NCBI GenBank assembly: GCA_963668185.1
Contig: OY764162.1
Location: 678,915 to 742,914, forward strand
Direction: 5' to 3'
Length of the DNA stretch: 64,000 nt
Source of the DNA: Dehalococcoidia bacterium
GTDB lineage: Bacteria > Chloroflexota > Dehalococcoidia > Lucifugimonadales > G963668185
Part shown: positions 18,482-28,586 of the stretch, piece after piece
Position numbering within the stretch: position 1 is the stretch's first letter
How the letters are laid out: each line of letters starts with the position of its first letter
The notes under the pieces: model-generated
The model's input: the letters and a program-made list of their open reading frames with translations, nothing else
Database searches by the model: none
What the model was told of the DNA's origin: nothing
Made by a program: the position numbers and the translations under genes

Positions 18482-19588
18482 CTACCTGACACTGTGATGC
18501 CCTACCCGTCCCCCCCGCTGGCCGCGCTGGCGGAGCGCGTGGTCGGTCAGCACGATGGCGAGCATGGCCTCCACGATGGGCACCGCCCGCGGCAGCACGC
18601 ACGGGTCGTGGCGTCCCCTGCCCCGCATCGTCGCCGGCGCGCCGTCCTCGTCCACGGTGTCCTGCTCGCTCGCGATCGTTGCCGTCGGCTTGAACGCCGC
18701 GCGGACGATGACGCTCTCCCCGTTGGAGATGCCGCCCTGTATCCCGCCGGAGTTGTTCGTCCTCGTGCGTATGCGCCCGCCCTCGCTGTAGAACGGGTCG
18801 TTGTGTTGCGAGCCGGTGCTGCGTGTGCCGTCGAAGCCCGATCCAACCTCGAAGCCCTTGCACGCGGGCAGCGAGAGCATCGCCTTAGCGAGATCGGCGT
18901 CCAGCTTGTCGAAGACCGGCTCGCCGAGGCCGGGCGGCACGTTGCGCGCGACGGCCTCCACCACGCCGCCGAGGGAGTCGCCGGCCTTCCGCGCCTCCTT
19001 GATGCGCTCGATCATGCGGACCGCGACGTCACCGTCCGGGCACCGGGCCGCGTTCGACTCCACGTCCTCCTGCCTCACGGTCTCCGGGTCCACGTCCGCC
19101 TCGATGCACTGCACTCTCTTGACGTAACCGATGATCTCCACACCGTACTCGGACGACAGGAAGAGCTTGCCGATTGCGCCCGCCGCCACGCGGCCTACGG
19201 TCTCCCTGGCGGAGGCGCGCCCGCCCCCTTTCCAGTTGCGGACGCCGTACTTGGCCTGGTACGTGTAGTCGGCGTGCGACGGCCTGTAGAGGCGCCGCAT
19301 GTACTCGTAGTCCTTGCCCCGCGCGTCCTGGTTCCACACGCCAATCGAGATCGGAGTTCCAAGTGTCACGCCCTCGAACACGCCGGAAAGCAGGGTTGCC
19401 TCGTCGGCCTCCTTCCGCTGCGTGGATATGTGGCTCTGGCCGGGCCGTCTTCGGGTAAGCTCAGACTGGATCGCCTCGATCGAGAGAGGAAGCCCCGGAG
19501 GGCAGCCGTCGACGGTTACGCCCACGGCGTCCCCGTGCGACTCGCCCCACGTGGTCACGCGGAATGCGCGCCCGAAGGTGTTTCCCAT
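18482..19588 (-). CDS. aroC: Chorismate synthase
   Basis: MGNTFG...[45 protein letters not shown]. Confidence 0.97.
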   Translation of the reverse strand: MGNTFGRAFRVTTWGESHGDAVGVTVDGCPPGLPLSIEAIQSELTRRRPGQSHISTQRKEADEATLLSGVFEGVTLGTPISIGVWNQDARGKDYEYMRRLYRPSHADYTYQAKYGVRNWKGGGRASARETVGRVAAGAIGKLFLSSEYGVEIIGYVKRVQCIEADVDPETVRQEDVESNAARCPDGDVAVRMIERIKEARKAGDSLGGVVEAVARNVPPGLGEPVFDKLDADLAKAMLSLPACKGFEVGSGFDGTRSTGSQHNDPFYSEGGRIRTRTNNSGGIQGGISNGESVIVRAAFKPTATIASEQDTVDEDGAPATMRGRGRHDPCVLPRAVPIVEAMLAIVLTDHALRQRGQRGGRVGHHSVR

Positions 19589-19866
19589 CTTGGTCTGCTC
19601 CGCCCTTAGTCTGGCCGCTCGCCCTGCGCCGTCTATCCTACCATCGGGGAAAGCTGGCATGGTAACATCCGTGCCGGTCCCCAAAGCTGCGGGCATACCT
19701 GAAACAACGCGCGGCTCCACTTGGTCGCGGGCGGCTGGCGGGGCCGGATCGATACGCAAACGCGCGAAGGGTCCGGGCTGAACACCTGCGAGCGCCTCTT
19801 GTGTTTACACGAGTGAGCGCGCTCGCAGCCCGGGCCCAACCGACTTGAACATCGGAGGACCTTCAC

Positions 19867-22158
19867 ATGACTTCAAACATGGTTCTTTCCAAGAAAGAGT
19901 ACAAGGTTGTCGGCACCCGACCCGTCCGGCACGACGGCGTCGAGAAGGTGACGGGCGCCGCGCGTTACGGCGCCGACGTCCACCTGCCCGGCATGTTGCA
20001 CGGCAAGGTCCTGCGCAGCCCGCACGCCCACGCCGTCATCAAGCGGTTGGACACGTCGGCGGCTGAGGCCCATCCCAGCGTGAGAGCCGTGGCGACCGGC
20101 AGGGACTTGGCGGAGGTGGCCGAGGGCCTGTCCGAAGTCGGGGAGGACATCTTCACCAGCCTTCGCTACATGCGCGACAACATACTTGCGGCGGACAAGG
20201 CCCTGTACGCCGGCCACCCGATCGCAGCCGTCGCCGCCGACAGCCCGCACCAGGCCGAGGAGGCGCTGGCGCTCATCGAGGTCGAGTACGAAGTCCTGCC
20301 GCCGGTCGTGGACGTCGAGGCCGCCATGGCAGCCGACGCGCCGATTCTCCACGAGCGCCTGGCCACCGCGGGGCTGGAAGGCGAGGACTACAAGGCCGAC
20401 ACGAACATCGCCAGCCACGAGCAGTACATCCTGGGCGACGTAGAAGCAGGTTTCGAGCAGTCGGACATCGTCGTCGAGCGCGAGTTCAGGACGAAGACCG
20501 TCCACCAGGGCTACATCGAGCCGCAGAGTTCCACCGTCGTGTGGCGCGGCGACGGCCAGGTCGTCGCGTGGGCCAGCAGCCAGGGACACTTCGGCGTGAG
20601 AGACAGCACCGCTACCGTGCTGGGGCTGCCCCAGTCCAGGGTCAAGGTGATACCGATGGAGATCGGCGGCGGCTTCGGAGGCAAGCTGTCTTGCCGCTTG
20701 GAGCCGATCGGGGCCGTGCTTTCGAAGAAGTCCGGAAGGCCCGTCAAGCTGGCCATGACGCGCGAAGAGGTCCTCACCGCCACCGGCCCGACTTCGGGCA
20801 GCTACGTGAAGATGAAGATCGGCGCGAAGAACGACGGCCGGATAGTCGCCGCGCAGGGCATGCTTGCGCTGGAGGGCGGCGCATTCCCCGGCTCGCCCGT
20901 CGGCGGCGCGGCGGCGTGCATGCTCTCGCCCTACAACATCGAGAACGTCCGCCTGGACGGGTACGACGTGGTAACGAACAAGCCGAAGACGACGGCTTAC
21001 CGGGCGCCGGGCGCGCCCATCGGCGCGTTCGCCGTGGAAACGATAGTCGACGAAATCTGCGAGCGCCTGCAGATGGAGCCGCTCGAAATGCGCGCGCTGA
21101 ACGCAGCCAGGGAAGGCACACGGCGCGCGGACGGCGTGGTGAACGGCCCGATCGGCATGGAGGAGATCGTCGAGGCCGTACGGTCCCATCCGCACTACGG
21201 TTCGCCGCTGTCCGACGGCAACACGGGCCGAGGCATCGCGTTCGGGTACTGGCGGAACAACACCGGCCCGTCCTGCGCCGTCGCCAACGTCGCCCCGGAC
21301 GGCGGCGTAGCCCTGACCGAGGGATCCATGGACATCGGCGGCTCGCGCACGGCGGTCGCCCAGCAACTCGCCGAGGTGCTCGGCATCCCTGTCGAAGACG
21401 TGCACCCCACCGTCGGAGACACCGAGGCGATCGGCTACACCTCCGTCACGGGCGGAAGCGGCGTTGCGTTCAAGACCGGCTGGGCGGCACACGCCGCCGC
21501 CGAGGACATCAAGTCCCAGCTCATCGACCGCGCCGCGTTCATCTGGGAGACCGACGCCTCCAACGTCGAGTACGTGGACGGCGCTCTCAGGCACAAGGCG
21601 GACCCCGAACTCAGCTACACGTTCAAGGAGATCGCCGCACAACTCAACAGCACCGGGGGTCCGGTGGTTGGCCGCGCCAACGTGTATCCCACGGGCGTCG
21701 GCGGCTCGCACATGGCCAACCTAGTGGACGTCGAAGTGGATCCGGAGACCGGCAAGGTGCAGGTGACGAGATACACCGCGTTCCAGGACGCGGGCAAGGC
21801 CGTGCATCCGAGCTACGTCGAGGGCCAGATGCAGGGCGGCAGCGTGCAGGGCATCGGCTGGGCGCTGAACGAAGAGTACTTCTACGGCGACGACGGGCGC
21901 ATGGCGAACACGTCCCTGCTCGACTACCGCATGCCGACGAGCCTCGACGTGCCCATGATCGACACGGTGATAGTCGAGGTGCCGAACCCCGGCCATCCGT
22001 TCGGCGTTCGCGGCGTCGGCGAGTCCTCGATCGTTCCGCCCATGGCAGCGATCGCCAACGCCATCCACGACGCCGTCGGCGTACGAATGCGCGACCTGCC
22101 CATGAATCCGGACTCCGTCGTCCGCGCGCTCGCCGAGCACAACGGGGCCGCGGAATAG
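19867..22158 (+). CDS. Xanthine dehydrogenase family molybdopterin-binding large subunit
   Basis: KVTGAARYGAD, IGGGFGGK, AYRAPG, EGQMQGG, RGVGE. Confidence 0.93.
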   Translation: MTSNMVLSKKEYKVVGTRPVRHDGVEKVTGAARYGADVHLPGMLHGKVLRSPHAHAVIKRLDTSAAEAHPSVRAVATGRDLAEVAEGLSEVGEDIFTSLRYMRDNILAADKALYAGHPIAAVAADSPHQAEEALALIEVEYEVLPPVVDVEAAMAADAPILHERLATAGLEGEDYKADTNIASHEQYILGDVEAGFEQSDIVVEREFRTKTVHQGYIEPQSSTVVWRGDGQVVAWASSQGHFGVRDSTATVLGLPQSRVKVIPMEIGGGFGGKLSCRLEPIGAVLSKKSGRPVKLAMTREEVLTATGPTSGSYVKMKIGAKNDGRIVAAQGMLALEGGAFPGSPVGGAAACMLSPYNIENVRLDGYDVVTNKPKTTAYRAPGAPIGAFAVETIVDEICERLQMEPLEMRALNAAREGTRRADGVVNGPIGMEEIVEAVRSHPHYGSPLSDGNTGRGIAFGYWRNNTGPSCAVANVAPDGGVALTEGSMDIGGSRTAVAQQLAEVLGIPVEDVHPTVGDTEAIGYTSVTGGSGVAFKTGWAAHAAAEDIKSQLIDRAAFIWETDASNVEYVDGALRHKADPELSYTFKEIAAQLNSTGGPVVGRANVYPTGVGGSHMANLVDVEVDPETGKVQVTRYTAFQDAGKAVHPSYVEGQMQGGSVQGIGWALNEEYFYGDDGRMANTSLLDYRMPTSLDVPMIDTVIVEVPNPGHPFGVRGVGESSIVPPMAAIANAIHDAVGVRMRDLPMNPDSVVRALAEHNGAAE

Positions 22159-22258
22159 CGCCCCCGCCTGAAAACCCCGCGCGGCCCTTCACTCGTATCA
22201 CAAGAGGAAGCGCCGTCCCGCGTCCGGTAAAATGCCGCCGCCAGAGTACAGACAACCT

Positions 22259-22292
22259 CTTCCCCAGTCTGCTGGGGAAGACTGAGATGGGG
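22259..22292. repeat. Palindromic repeat family CTTCCCCAG-TCTG-CTGGGGAAG
   Basis: Identical 22-bp core also at 40977-40998 and 54939-54960; half copy at 39954-39969. Confidence 0.8.
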
Positions 22293-22324
22293 CCAAAAGC
22301 GAAAGGTCTCGGAAAGCATCAACG

Positions 22325-23302
22325 ATGGCAGTTGACACAGACGCCGTAAACGGCGATTACACGATCTCGGTGCAGGGCGCCACCAAGGTGTTCGGCCCCA
22401 CCGTCGCCGTGGACCGCGTCACGTTCGACATCAAGAAGGGCGAGGTGGTTGGCTTCCTCGGCCCGAACGGCTCCGGCAAGACCACCACGATGCGCCTCAT
22501 CACCTCGTTCTACTCGCCGGACGGCGGCACGATCTTCGTGGACGGGATCGACACGCAGGACGACGAGACCGCGACCCGGGAGCTGATCGGGTACCTGCCC
22601 GAGAGCAACCCCCTGTACGAAGACATGCTCGTGAACGAGTACCTCGCCTTCGTGGCCGACCTTCGCGGCATCCCTACCTCGGAGTACAAGCGCAACCTCG
22701 AGCAGACAATCGACGAGACCGGCATCAACGAGGTGTACTACAGGCCCATACACGAGCTGTCCAAGGGCTACCACCAGCGCGTCGGCCTTGCTCAGGCGAT
22801 TCTGCACCAGCCTGAGGTACTGATCCTCGACGAACCTACGGAGGGACTCGACCCCAACCAGCGCGTCACCATACGCGAGCTCATAAAGTCGCTCGGCGAG
22901 GAGCGCACCGTCCTGCTGAGCACGCACGTGATGCAGGAGGTGGAGGCCACCTGCGAGCGGATTCTGCTCATCAATCGCGGCAGGCTGGTGGCCGACGACA
23001 CCGTGCAGGAGCTACTGACGCGGGCGCGCGGTCTGCGCCGCCTGTTCGTCGAGGCCGAAGGCAACCAGATCGAGTCCAAGCTCAACGTGCTCGACGGCAT
23101 CGGCGGCATTCGCCGGTTGGACCCAATCGAAAACCGCAAGCGTTACGAGTTGACCGTCGCCGGCGACGCCGATCTCAGGCCGCAGGTGTTCAACCTAGCG
23201 AAGAAGGAAGGCTGGACGCTCTGGGAGCTCCACGAGGAGGCCTCCAGGCTGGAGGACGTCTTCCACGTCCTCACGGAAGAGGCGGAGCGGGAGGCACGGT
23301 AA
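22325..23302 (+). CDS. ABC transporter ATP-binding protein (GldA-like)
   Basis: GPNGSGKTT, LSKGYHQRVGLAQA, LILDEPT. Confidence 0.93.
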   Translation: MAVDTDAVNGDYTISVQGATKVFGPTVAVDRVTFDIKKGEVVGFLGPNGSGKTTTMRLITSFYSPDGGTIFVDGIDTQDDETATRELIGYLPESNPLYEDMLVNEYLAFVADLRGIPTSEYKRNLEQTIDETGINEVYYRPIHELSKGYHQRVGLAQAILHQPEVLILDEPTEGLDPNQRVTIRELIKSLGEERTVLLSTHVMQEVEATCERILLINRGRLVADDTVQELLTRARGLRRLFVEAEGNQIESKLNVLDGIGGIRRLDPIENRKRYELTVAGDADLRPQVFNLAKKEGWTLWELHEEASRLEDVFHVLTEEAEREAR

Positions 23303-23309
23303 GCACGCC

Positions 23310-25577
23310 ATGCGGCCGTTCCTGGCGCTCGTAAAGAAGGACCTCAAAGGTTACTTCGACCAGCCCACCGGGTACATCCTGGTGATCATCTTCGTCGTCC
23401 TTCTGTCGTACCTGTTCTTCAACGCCGCTTTCCTGACCGACGAGGCGTCGCTCAGGCCGCTCTTCACGGTAGAATTCAGCCCTTCCCTGCCCTGGCTGCT
23501 AGCGATCTTCGTTCCCGCCGCCACGATGCGCCTGCTGGCGGAGGAGCACCGGGACGGCACGCTCGAATTCCTGATGACCCAGCCCGTGCGAGGCTGGACG
23601 GTGCTGCTGGCAAAGTTCACGTCCGGCCTCGTGTTCGTGGGCGCAGCCATCGCCGCCACGGTCGTCATCCCGCTCACGCTCCAGACCGCGGGCGACCTGG
23701 ACGAAGGCGCGATCATCGCCCAGTACGTCGGCAGCCTGTTCCTGACGGCGTCGCTCATAACCATCGGCCTGTTCACGTCGAGCCTGACACGGAACCAGAT
23801 CGTCTCGTTCATGGCCGCCCTCGCGCTCAACTTCATCCTGATGCTGGCCGGCCTCGATCTCGTGCGCGCCGCCCTTCCGCTGAACGTGGCGGTGCTGTTC
23901 CAAGACCTCAGCCCGGTCACGCACTTCAGCACCATGGCTCGCGGCGTGCTGGACCTCCGGGACGTGCTGTACTTCCTCGCGCTCATCTTCACCTTCCTCA
24001 GCGCCGCGTATCTGATGCTGCGGGCGCGGTCGCTGAGCCGGCGCTCTCCCCGCTTCGTGCTCCTGCAGTTCGGCGTCGCGGGCCTCGTAGTGCTGAGCCT
24101 GCTCGTCGGCTGGTTCGGAAGCTCGATCGGCGGCAGGCTGGACCTGACGGAAGACAAGCTGTACACGCTGAGCGACGGGATGCAGCAGATCGTTGACCAG
24201 CTTGACGATGTCCTCACAATCAAGCTCTTCGAGTCCCAGGACCTGCCCCCGCAGGCTGCGCTCGTCGCGAGGGACGTGAACGACTTCCTGGACGAACTCG
24301 CCGCAACGTCGGAGAACGTCGTCGTCGTCAAGCGGTACCCCAAGCCGGACGAAGAGGGCGACGAAGCCAGCCTGGAAGCGCAGTTGCTGGGCGTGCCCCA
24401 GGTCCAGTCCGAGGTGCGCAGCCGGAGCGAGTTGCAGCTTCAGAACATCTACCTCGGCCTTGCGATGACATACGCGGACAGGAAGGAGATTCTCCCGTTC
24501 ATCGAGCAGGTGGACGGCCTGGAGTACCGCGTCGCTTCGCTCGCCAACCAGATGATCTCACGGGAACGAAAGAGCGTCGGCTTCCTCTCCGGCCACGACG
24601 AGATGACGCTCGAAGTCCACCTGCAGACCATCGGAAACGCCCTCGCGGTCAACTACGACGTCCTACAGGTGGAGGCCGAAGAAGGGCGGGAGTTGGACCT
24701 TTCGGGCCTAGACGTGCTCGTCGTTCCCCGGCCCGTGTCTCCGATGCCGCCGCAGCACCTCCAGGAGATACAGGACTACATAGACGGCGGAGGCAGGGCC
24801 GCGTTCCTACTGGACCCGATCGTCGTAGTCCCCGATCCGAACAGCCCCGCGCTGCTCGGCTTCGAGAACACCGCGAGCATGGCGTCGTTCGTGAGGCGCT
24901 ACGGTGTTTTCGTGGACAGTGACCTGCTGCTCGACTTCCGGTCGTACTCCAACTTCCCCGGCTCCGCGCTTCCCTACCCTTACTGGATGCGCGTCCCGGT
25001 CATCGACAACAAGATCGCCGGCAACGCCGAGACCGCCGTCCTCGCCTGGGCAAGCTCCGTCGGCAGCACGCGCTCCGAGGTCGGCGCGGTCGAGGTCATT
25101 CCGCTGCTCGAAACGCGCGGGTCGGCTGCTCGCCTGGAGCTTGCGGAAGACCGGCCCGTGTTCAACGTCAGCCCGGACGTGCTTCCCGACGTGCCCGCGA
25201 CCGAATGGCGGGAACAGCTCACCGGCGTGGCCGTCACCGGTCAGGCGCCGGCCTCGAACGACGGGACGGCGTTCCGGCTGGTGGTGGTGGGCGACGCCGA
25301 CTGGGTATCCGACACGGTGCTAAGCCAGCCGGACGGGCCCGGCAACCTGCTGCTGTTCTCGAACCTGGTGGACTGGCTTGCCCAGGAAGACGCGCTCGCG
25401 GACATCAGGTCGAAGCTCATAACGTCGCGCCAGCTTCTGTTCGATTCCCAGACGCACCAGCTGCTCGTGCAGTACGGAAACGTGGTGGGCATACCCGCCT
25501 TCTTCGCCCTGCTCGGCCTGTTCCGCTACTTCATGCGCCGCCGCGCCACACGGAGGATCTACCGAAGTGCAAGGTAG
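23310..25577 (+). CDS. ABC-2 permease fused to a GldG-like domain (GldF-GldG-like fusion)
   Basis: ATMRLLAEEHRDGTLE, GVLDLRDVLYF, RLDLTEDKLYTLS, VGFLSGHDE, LVVVGDAD, NLVDWLA. Confidence 0.88.
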   Translation: MRPFLALVKKDLKGYFDQPTGYILVIIFVVLLSYLFFNAAFLTDEASLRPLFTVEFSPSLPWLLAIFVPAATMRLLAEEHRDGTLEFLMTQPVRGWTVLLAKFTSGLVFVGAAIAATVVIPLTLQTAGDLDEGAIIAQYVGSLFLTASLITIGLFTSSLTRNQIVSFMAALALNFILMLAGLDLVRAALPLNVAVLFQDLSPVTHFSTMARGVLDLRDVLYFLALIFTFLSAAYLMLRARSLSRRSPRFVLLQFGVAGLVVLSLLVGWFGSSIGGRLDLTEDKLYTLSDGMQQIVDQLDDVLTIKLFESQDLPPQAALVARDVNDFLDELAATSENVVVVKRYPKPDEEGDEASLEAQLLGVPQVQSEVRSRSELQLQNIYLGLAMTYADRKEILPFIEQVDGLEYRVASLANQMISRERKSVGFLSGHDEMTLEVHLQTIGNALAVNYDVLQVEAEEGRELDLSGLDVLVVPRPVSPMPPQHLQEIQDYIDGGGRAAFLLDPIVVVPDPNSPALLGFENTASMASFVRRYGVFVDSDLLLDFRSYSNFPGSALPYPYWMRVPVIDNKIAGNAETAVLAWASSVGSTRSEVGAVEVIPLLETRGSAARLELAEDRPVFNVSPDVLPDVPATEWREQLTGVAVTGQAPASNDGTAFRLVVVGDADWVSDTVLSQPDGPGNLLLFSNLVDWLAQEDALADIRSKLITSRQLLFDSQTHQLLVQYGNVVGIPAFFALLGLFRYFMRRRATRRIYRSAR

Positions 25578-26535
25578 ACAGGTAGTTCTTGTGTTCGTCG
25601 TTCTGGCGGCCATAGCGGTCGCCGGACTGGTTGGACGTTTCGTCACGGCCGGCTCCGACGAGTTGTCGCTTGAGGGCCTCCTGCCGATTACGCCGGACGT
25701 CGTCGACGAGGTCACGCTTGAGGACGGCGGCGAGCAAACGACGATCCGCAGGCAGAACAACGAGTGGCTGCTGGTTACCGGGCGCACGGAGCCCGCGTTC
25801 GACCGCCGCTTGGCGGTGTTCTGGAACGCGGTGCTCCTGGTTGACGGCGCACAGCTCATCGCGCGGAACCCCGCCAACCACGAACTCATGGGCGTGGACG
25901 ACGCGCAGGGCGTGCGCGTCGGCTTCTACCTCGGGGACGCCTTGCAGGAAGAGTTGGTCTTCAGCACCGTCTGGACAGAAGAGGCGCAACTCTGCTACGT
26001 AAAAAGGCCGCGCGGCGACGAGGTGTACGGCGTGCCGTGCGGCTTCGACCAGATCTTCGACCCGTCGCCCTACTCGTGGCGGAATCCCATCATCGCGCAA
26101 CTCCCCCGCGATCAGTTGGACTCGATGACGTTCGCCTATCAGGACGACGTGTTCGTTGTGCGGCGGTCCGGCCCCGGCTGGGTCATCGAAGCGGACGGAC
26201 AGCAGTTCACGGCCAATCCGCTCCAGGTGGAGACGATGCTGCAACTCGCGGAGTTCGTCGTAGCGCAGGGCTTCGTCCACGACGAAGAGGCGGGCGCTGT
26301 CGACTTCAGTTCTCCCCACGCGGAGATCACGGCCACTACCGCGCCCGGATCGCAGTTGGGCGGAGTGAACCTCCGCTTCCTGAAAGTGTCCGAAGACACT
26401 TACTACGTCCAGCGCCAGGGCTCAGACGACGTCTACCTCGTTGACGGCCCAACCGTCGACGCCCTGCTGCGCCCCCGCGAAGGCTACATCTTCACCATCG
26501 AACCCGCCCCGGACACCGCAGACAACGGGGGCTAG
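25567..26535 (+). CDS. DUF4340-like membrane-anchored protein
   Basis: N-terminal TM; repeated YVKR/YYVQR...VYLV modules; typical third gene of Gld-like ABC operons. Confidence 0.75.
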   Translation: MQGRQVVLVFVVLAAIAVAGLVGRFVTAGSDELSLEGLLPITPDVVDEVTLEDGGEQTTIRRQNNEWLLVTGRTEPAFDRRLAVFWNAVLLVDGAQLIARNPANHELMGVDDAQGVRVGFYLGDALQEELVFSTVWTEEAQLCYVKRPRGDEVYGVPCGFDQIFDPSPYSWRNPIIAQLPRDQLDSMTFAYQDDVFVVRRSGPGWVIEADGQQFTANPLQVETMLQLAEFVVAQGFVHDEEAGAVDFSSPHAEITATTAPGSQLGGVNLRFLKVSEDTYYVQRQGSDDVYLVDGPTVDALLRPREGYIFTIEPAPDTADNGG

Positions 26536-26716
26536 CCGGCTACGTCAACCGAAACTGATTGTCGATAGGAGTAGCTCATTTTGCCGTCATACCGGCGAAG
26601 GCCGGTATCCAGAGGTGGGACGGGTACTCCTCTCACGAACTCTGAACACTTGCCAGATACTCCTCTCAGTACACAAGGCGTCACGCAAGGTGGTAGACTT
26701 TGGCTAGGAGGCAACA

Positions 26717-26902
26717 ATGGCAACGATTGAAGAGCGTGTAAGTCGTCTTGAAGGCGGGTACGAACACCTCGCAACGAAGGCGGACGTGTACAGGGCCATT
26801 GCCGACGTTCGATCAGACCTCAACCGAGCCATGCTCACCCTGGGTATCTTTATGACCGGCTTGGTCGGGGCTGCCGTTGCTTTCTTAAAGCTGACCAGCT
26901 AG
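26717..26902 (+). CDS. Small coiled-coil + C-terminal TM protein (DUF1640-like ATKAD motif)
   Basis: AGGAGG RBS; EERVSRLEGGYEHLATKADV; hydrophobic tail. Confidence 0.7.
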   Translation: MATIEERVSRLEGGYEHLATKADVYRAIADVRSDLNRAMLTLGIFMTGLVGAAVAFLKLTS

Positions 26903-26927
26903 CAGAATCATTGCCCTTGCACCAATC

Positions 26928-27008
26928 GTAGGGGCGATTCGCGAATCGCCCGCGGCGCCGTACGGCAACCGATTGCCCCGCCTTTACGGGCCAGGGGCCC
27001 AGCCCTAC
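26928..27008. repeat. Pair of inverted GTAG-type REP elements (BIME-like)
   Basis: GTAGGGGCGATTCGCGAATCGCCC (+) and GTAGGGCTGGGCCCCTGGCCC (-); related copy GTAGGGGCCGTTCGCGAACGGCCC at 46454-46477. Confidence 0.7.
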
Positions 27009-27985
27009 GTATGCGCCGCCTCGTAGTGCGCGCCTAGGGCGTCGTACCCGAAGTCGCTGTCGATGTCCCGCCACACCGAGTGCACGTGGTTCGCGTTGTC
27101 CTGCGTGTTGTCGTACTCCACGAAGAATCGCGGCCCGTGGATGCGATAGTAGTGCGGCTCGCGCCGCCTGTCGCCGCCCGCCCAACCGAAGTGGATGTCC
27201 CCTGCCCCGGCGGCTTCGATCTCCCTCATCGAACTGGCGGCAAGGCCGCCCTCGTGCCGATCCACGTACAGCCTCACCAGCGCCATCAGCCTGTCGCGCG
27301 AGTCCGCAAGCAGCGCGCCCGCCGCGACCCCTGCCGGGCTGCCCATGGTCACTCGATCACTGGCCCGCATGATTATCTCGCTCGGCGCCACAGGGTAGAT
27401 CGTCGCAATCGACCGCAGGTCGTCGTCCAGCGACACGAACAGTTCCCGCGCCAGGTCCTCCTCTTGCCTCATGATCCTCAGGCCCTTGTGAGGCCCGTGG
27501 AACACCTCCGCGGGATTGGCCCCCAGGAAGCAGGGCGTCGATCCCGCCACCTCCCCGTCGATGATCGTGAAGTTCAGGGAAACGTGGTGCCCGTCCACCC
27601 TCCAGCCCCACGGCCCATCGCCGGGCTCGCCGAACACGGTGTGAAAGTAGAGTTCCGGCCGCCTGTGGAAGCCGGAACCTCCCGATCTCGCCTCGATCTC
27701 CCCCAGGATCAGTTCGTGCTCGAAGATCTGCTTTGCCCGCTGGTAAGCGTTCGGGCTCAGCCCGGTCGCCATGAGAGCGTCCGCCGCCTCCAGCGCCGCG
27801 CCGTCCATCTCGCCCCTCGACAGCCCCTGCCGCTCCATCGGGATGAAGTTCCAGTTGAGCCGCTCAGCCGTCTCGAACGGGAACGTGGCCCTCGCCCGCT
27901 GCGCGGTGTCAAGCCTGCCCAGCCACGCCTTAGCCGCCTCCGCCATCTCCTGCGCCGTCTTCACCGTATCGCTTCCATTAGTCAT
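27005..27985 (-). CDS. DUF3500 domain protein
   Basis: PWGWRVDGHHVSLNF, TPCFLGANP, HYYRIHGP, EYDNTQDNANHVHSVWRD; AGGAGG RBS. Confidence 0.9.
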   Translation of the reverse strand: MTNGSDTVKTAQEMAEAAKAWLGRLDTAQRARATFPFETAERLNWNFIPMERQGLSRGEMDGAALEAADALMATGLSPNAYQRAKQIFEHELILGEIEARSGGSGFHRRPELYFHTVFGEPGDGPWGWRVDGHHVSLNFTIIDGEVAGSTPCFLGANPAEVFHGPHKGLRIMRQEEDLARELFVSLDDDLRSIATIYPVAPSEIIMRASDRVTMGSPAGVAAGALLADSRDRLMALVRLYVDRHEGGLAASSMREIEAAGAGDIHFGWAGGDRRREPHYYRIHGPRFFVEYDNTQDNANHVHSVWRDIDSDFGYDALGAHYEAAHT

Positions 27986-28115
27986 CGCGCGCCTCCTTCC
28001 GTGCCCCATCCTACTCTTCCCTACGTGCTCTTTGCACCTCTCCTGACTCCCAGCCCATTGAACTCAGCGACGGTCACGTGTAACTTATCCTAACCACAGC
28101 TTGGAGTATTGGAAA

Positions 28116-28577
28116 ATGGCTTCAGCAGATTCAGGAACGATCGCGTCCCTTCGTCTTTGCCTCGGGCACCGCGAGCCCATGTGTGAGGTCGAGACCGTTG
28201 ACATAGTCGCCGGCTACGGCATCGAAGGCGACCGGCACGCCACCCGCGGCCGGGCGCGCGCCCACCGGCAGGTACTGCTGATGGCGCAGGAGACGCTCGC
28301 CGCCTTCGGACTCGCGCCCGGCGAGGTCAGGGAGAACATCACTACGCAAGGCCTCGCCCTGCAGGAATTGCAGCCCGGCGACCGCGTAGCACTGGGAAGC
28401 GACGCCGTGCTTGAGATCACCGAAGATTGCGAGCCGTGCGAGCGCATGGACGAGTTGCGCCAGGGCCTTCGCACCGCGCTCGACGGCAAGCGCGGAATGC
28501 TCGCCACCGTGCTGGAGAGCGGCACGGTCCGCGCCGGCGATGCCGTCCGCGTGGTCAACGTCGCGGCGGCCCGCTAA
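28116..28577 (+). CDS. MOSC domain protein
   Basis: GIEGDRH, RQVLL, GEVRENITT, LEITEDCEPC, GTVRAGD. Confidence 0.88.
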   Translation: MASADSGTIASLRLCLGHREPMCEVETVDIVAGYGIEGDRHATRGRARAHRQVLLMAQETLAAFGLAPGEVRENITTQGLALQELQPGDRVALGSDAVLEITEDCEPCERMDELRQGLRTALDGKRGMLATVLESGTVRAGDAVRVVNVAAAR

Positions 28578-28586
28578 CCTCCCCGT

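Noticed and set aside
19867-22158. Aerobic CO dehydrogenase CoxL
   Set aside because: The loop is AYRAPG, not AYRCSFR (form I) or AYRGAGR (form II), and there is no coxMS context.
22325-26535. Gliding motility system
   Set aside because: GldA/F/G-like ABC genes with DUF4340 are widespread in non-gliding bacteria, and no other gld/spr genes are present.
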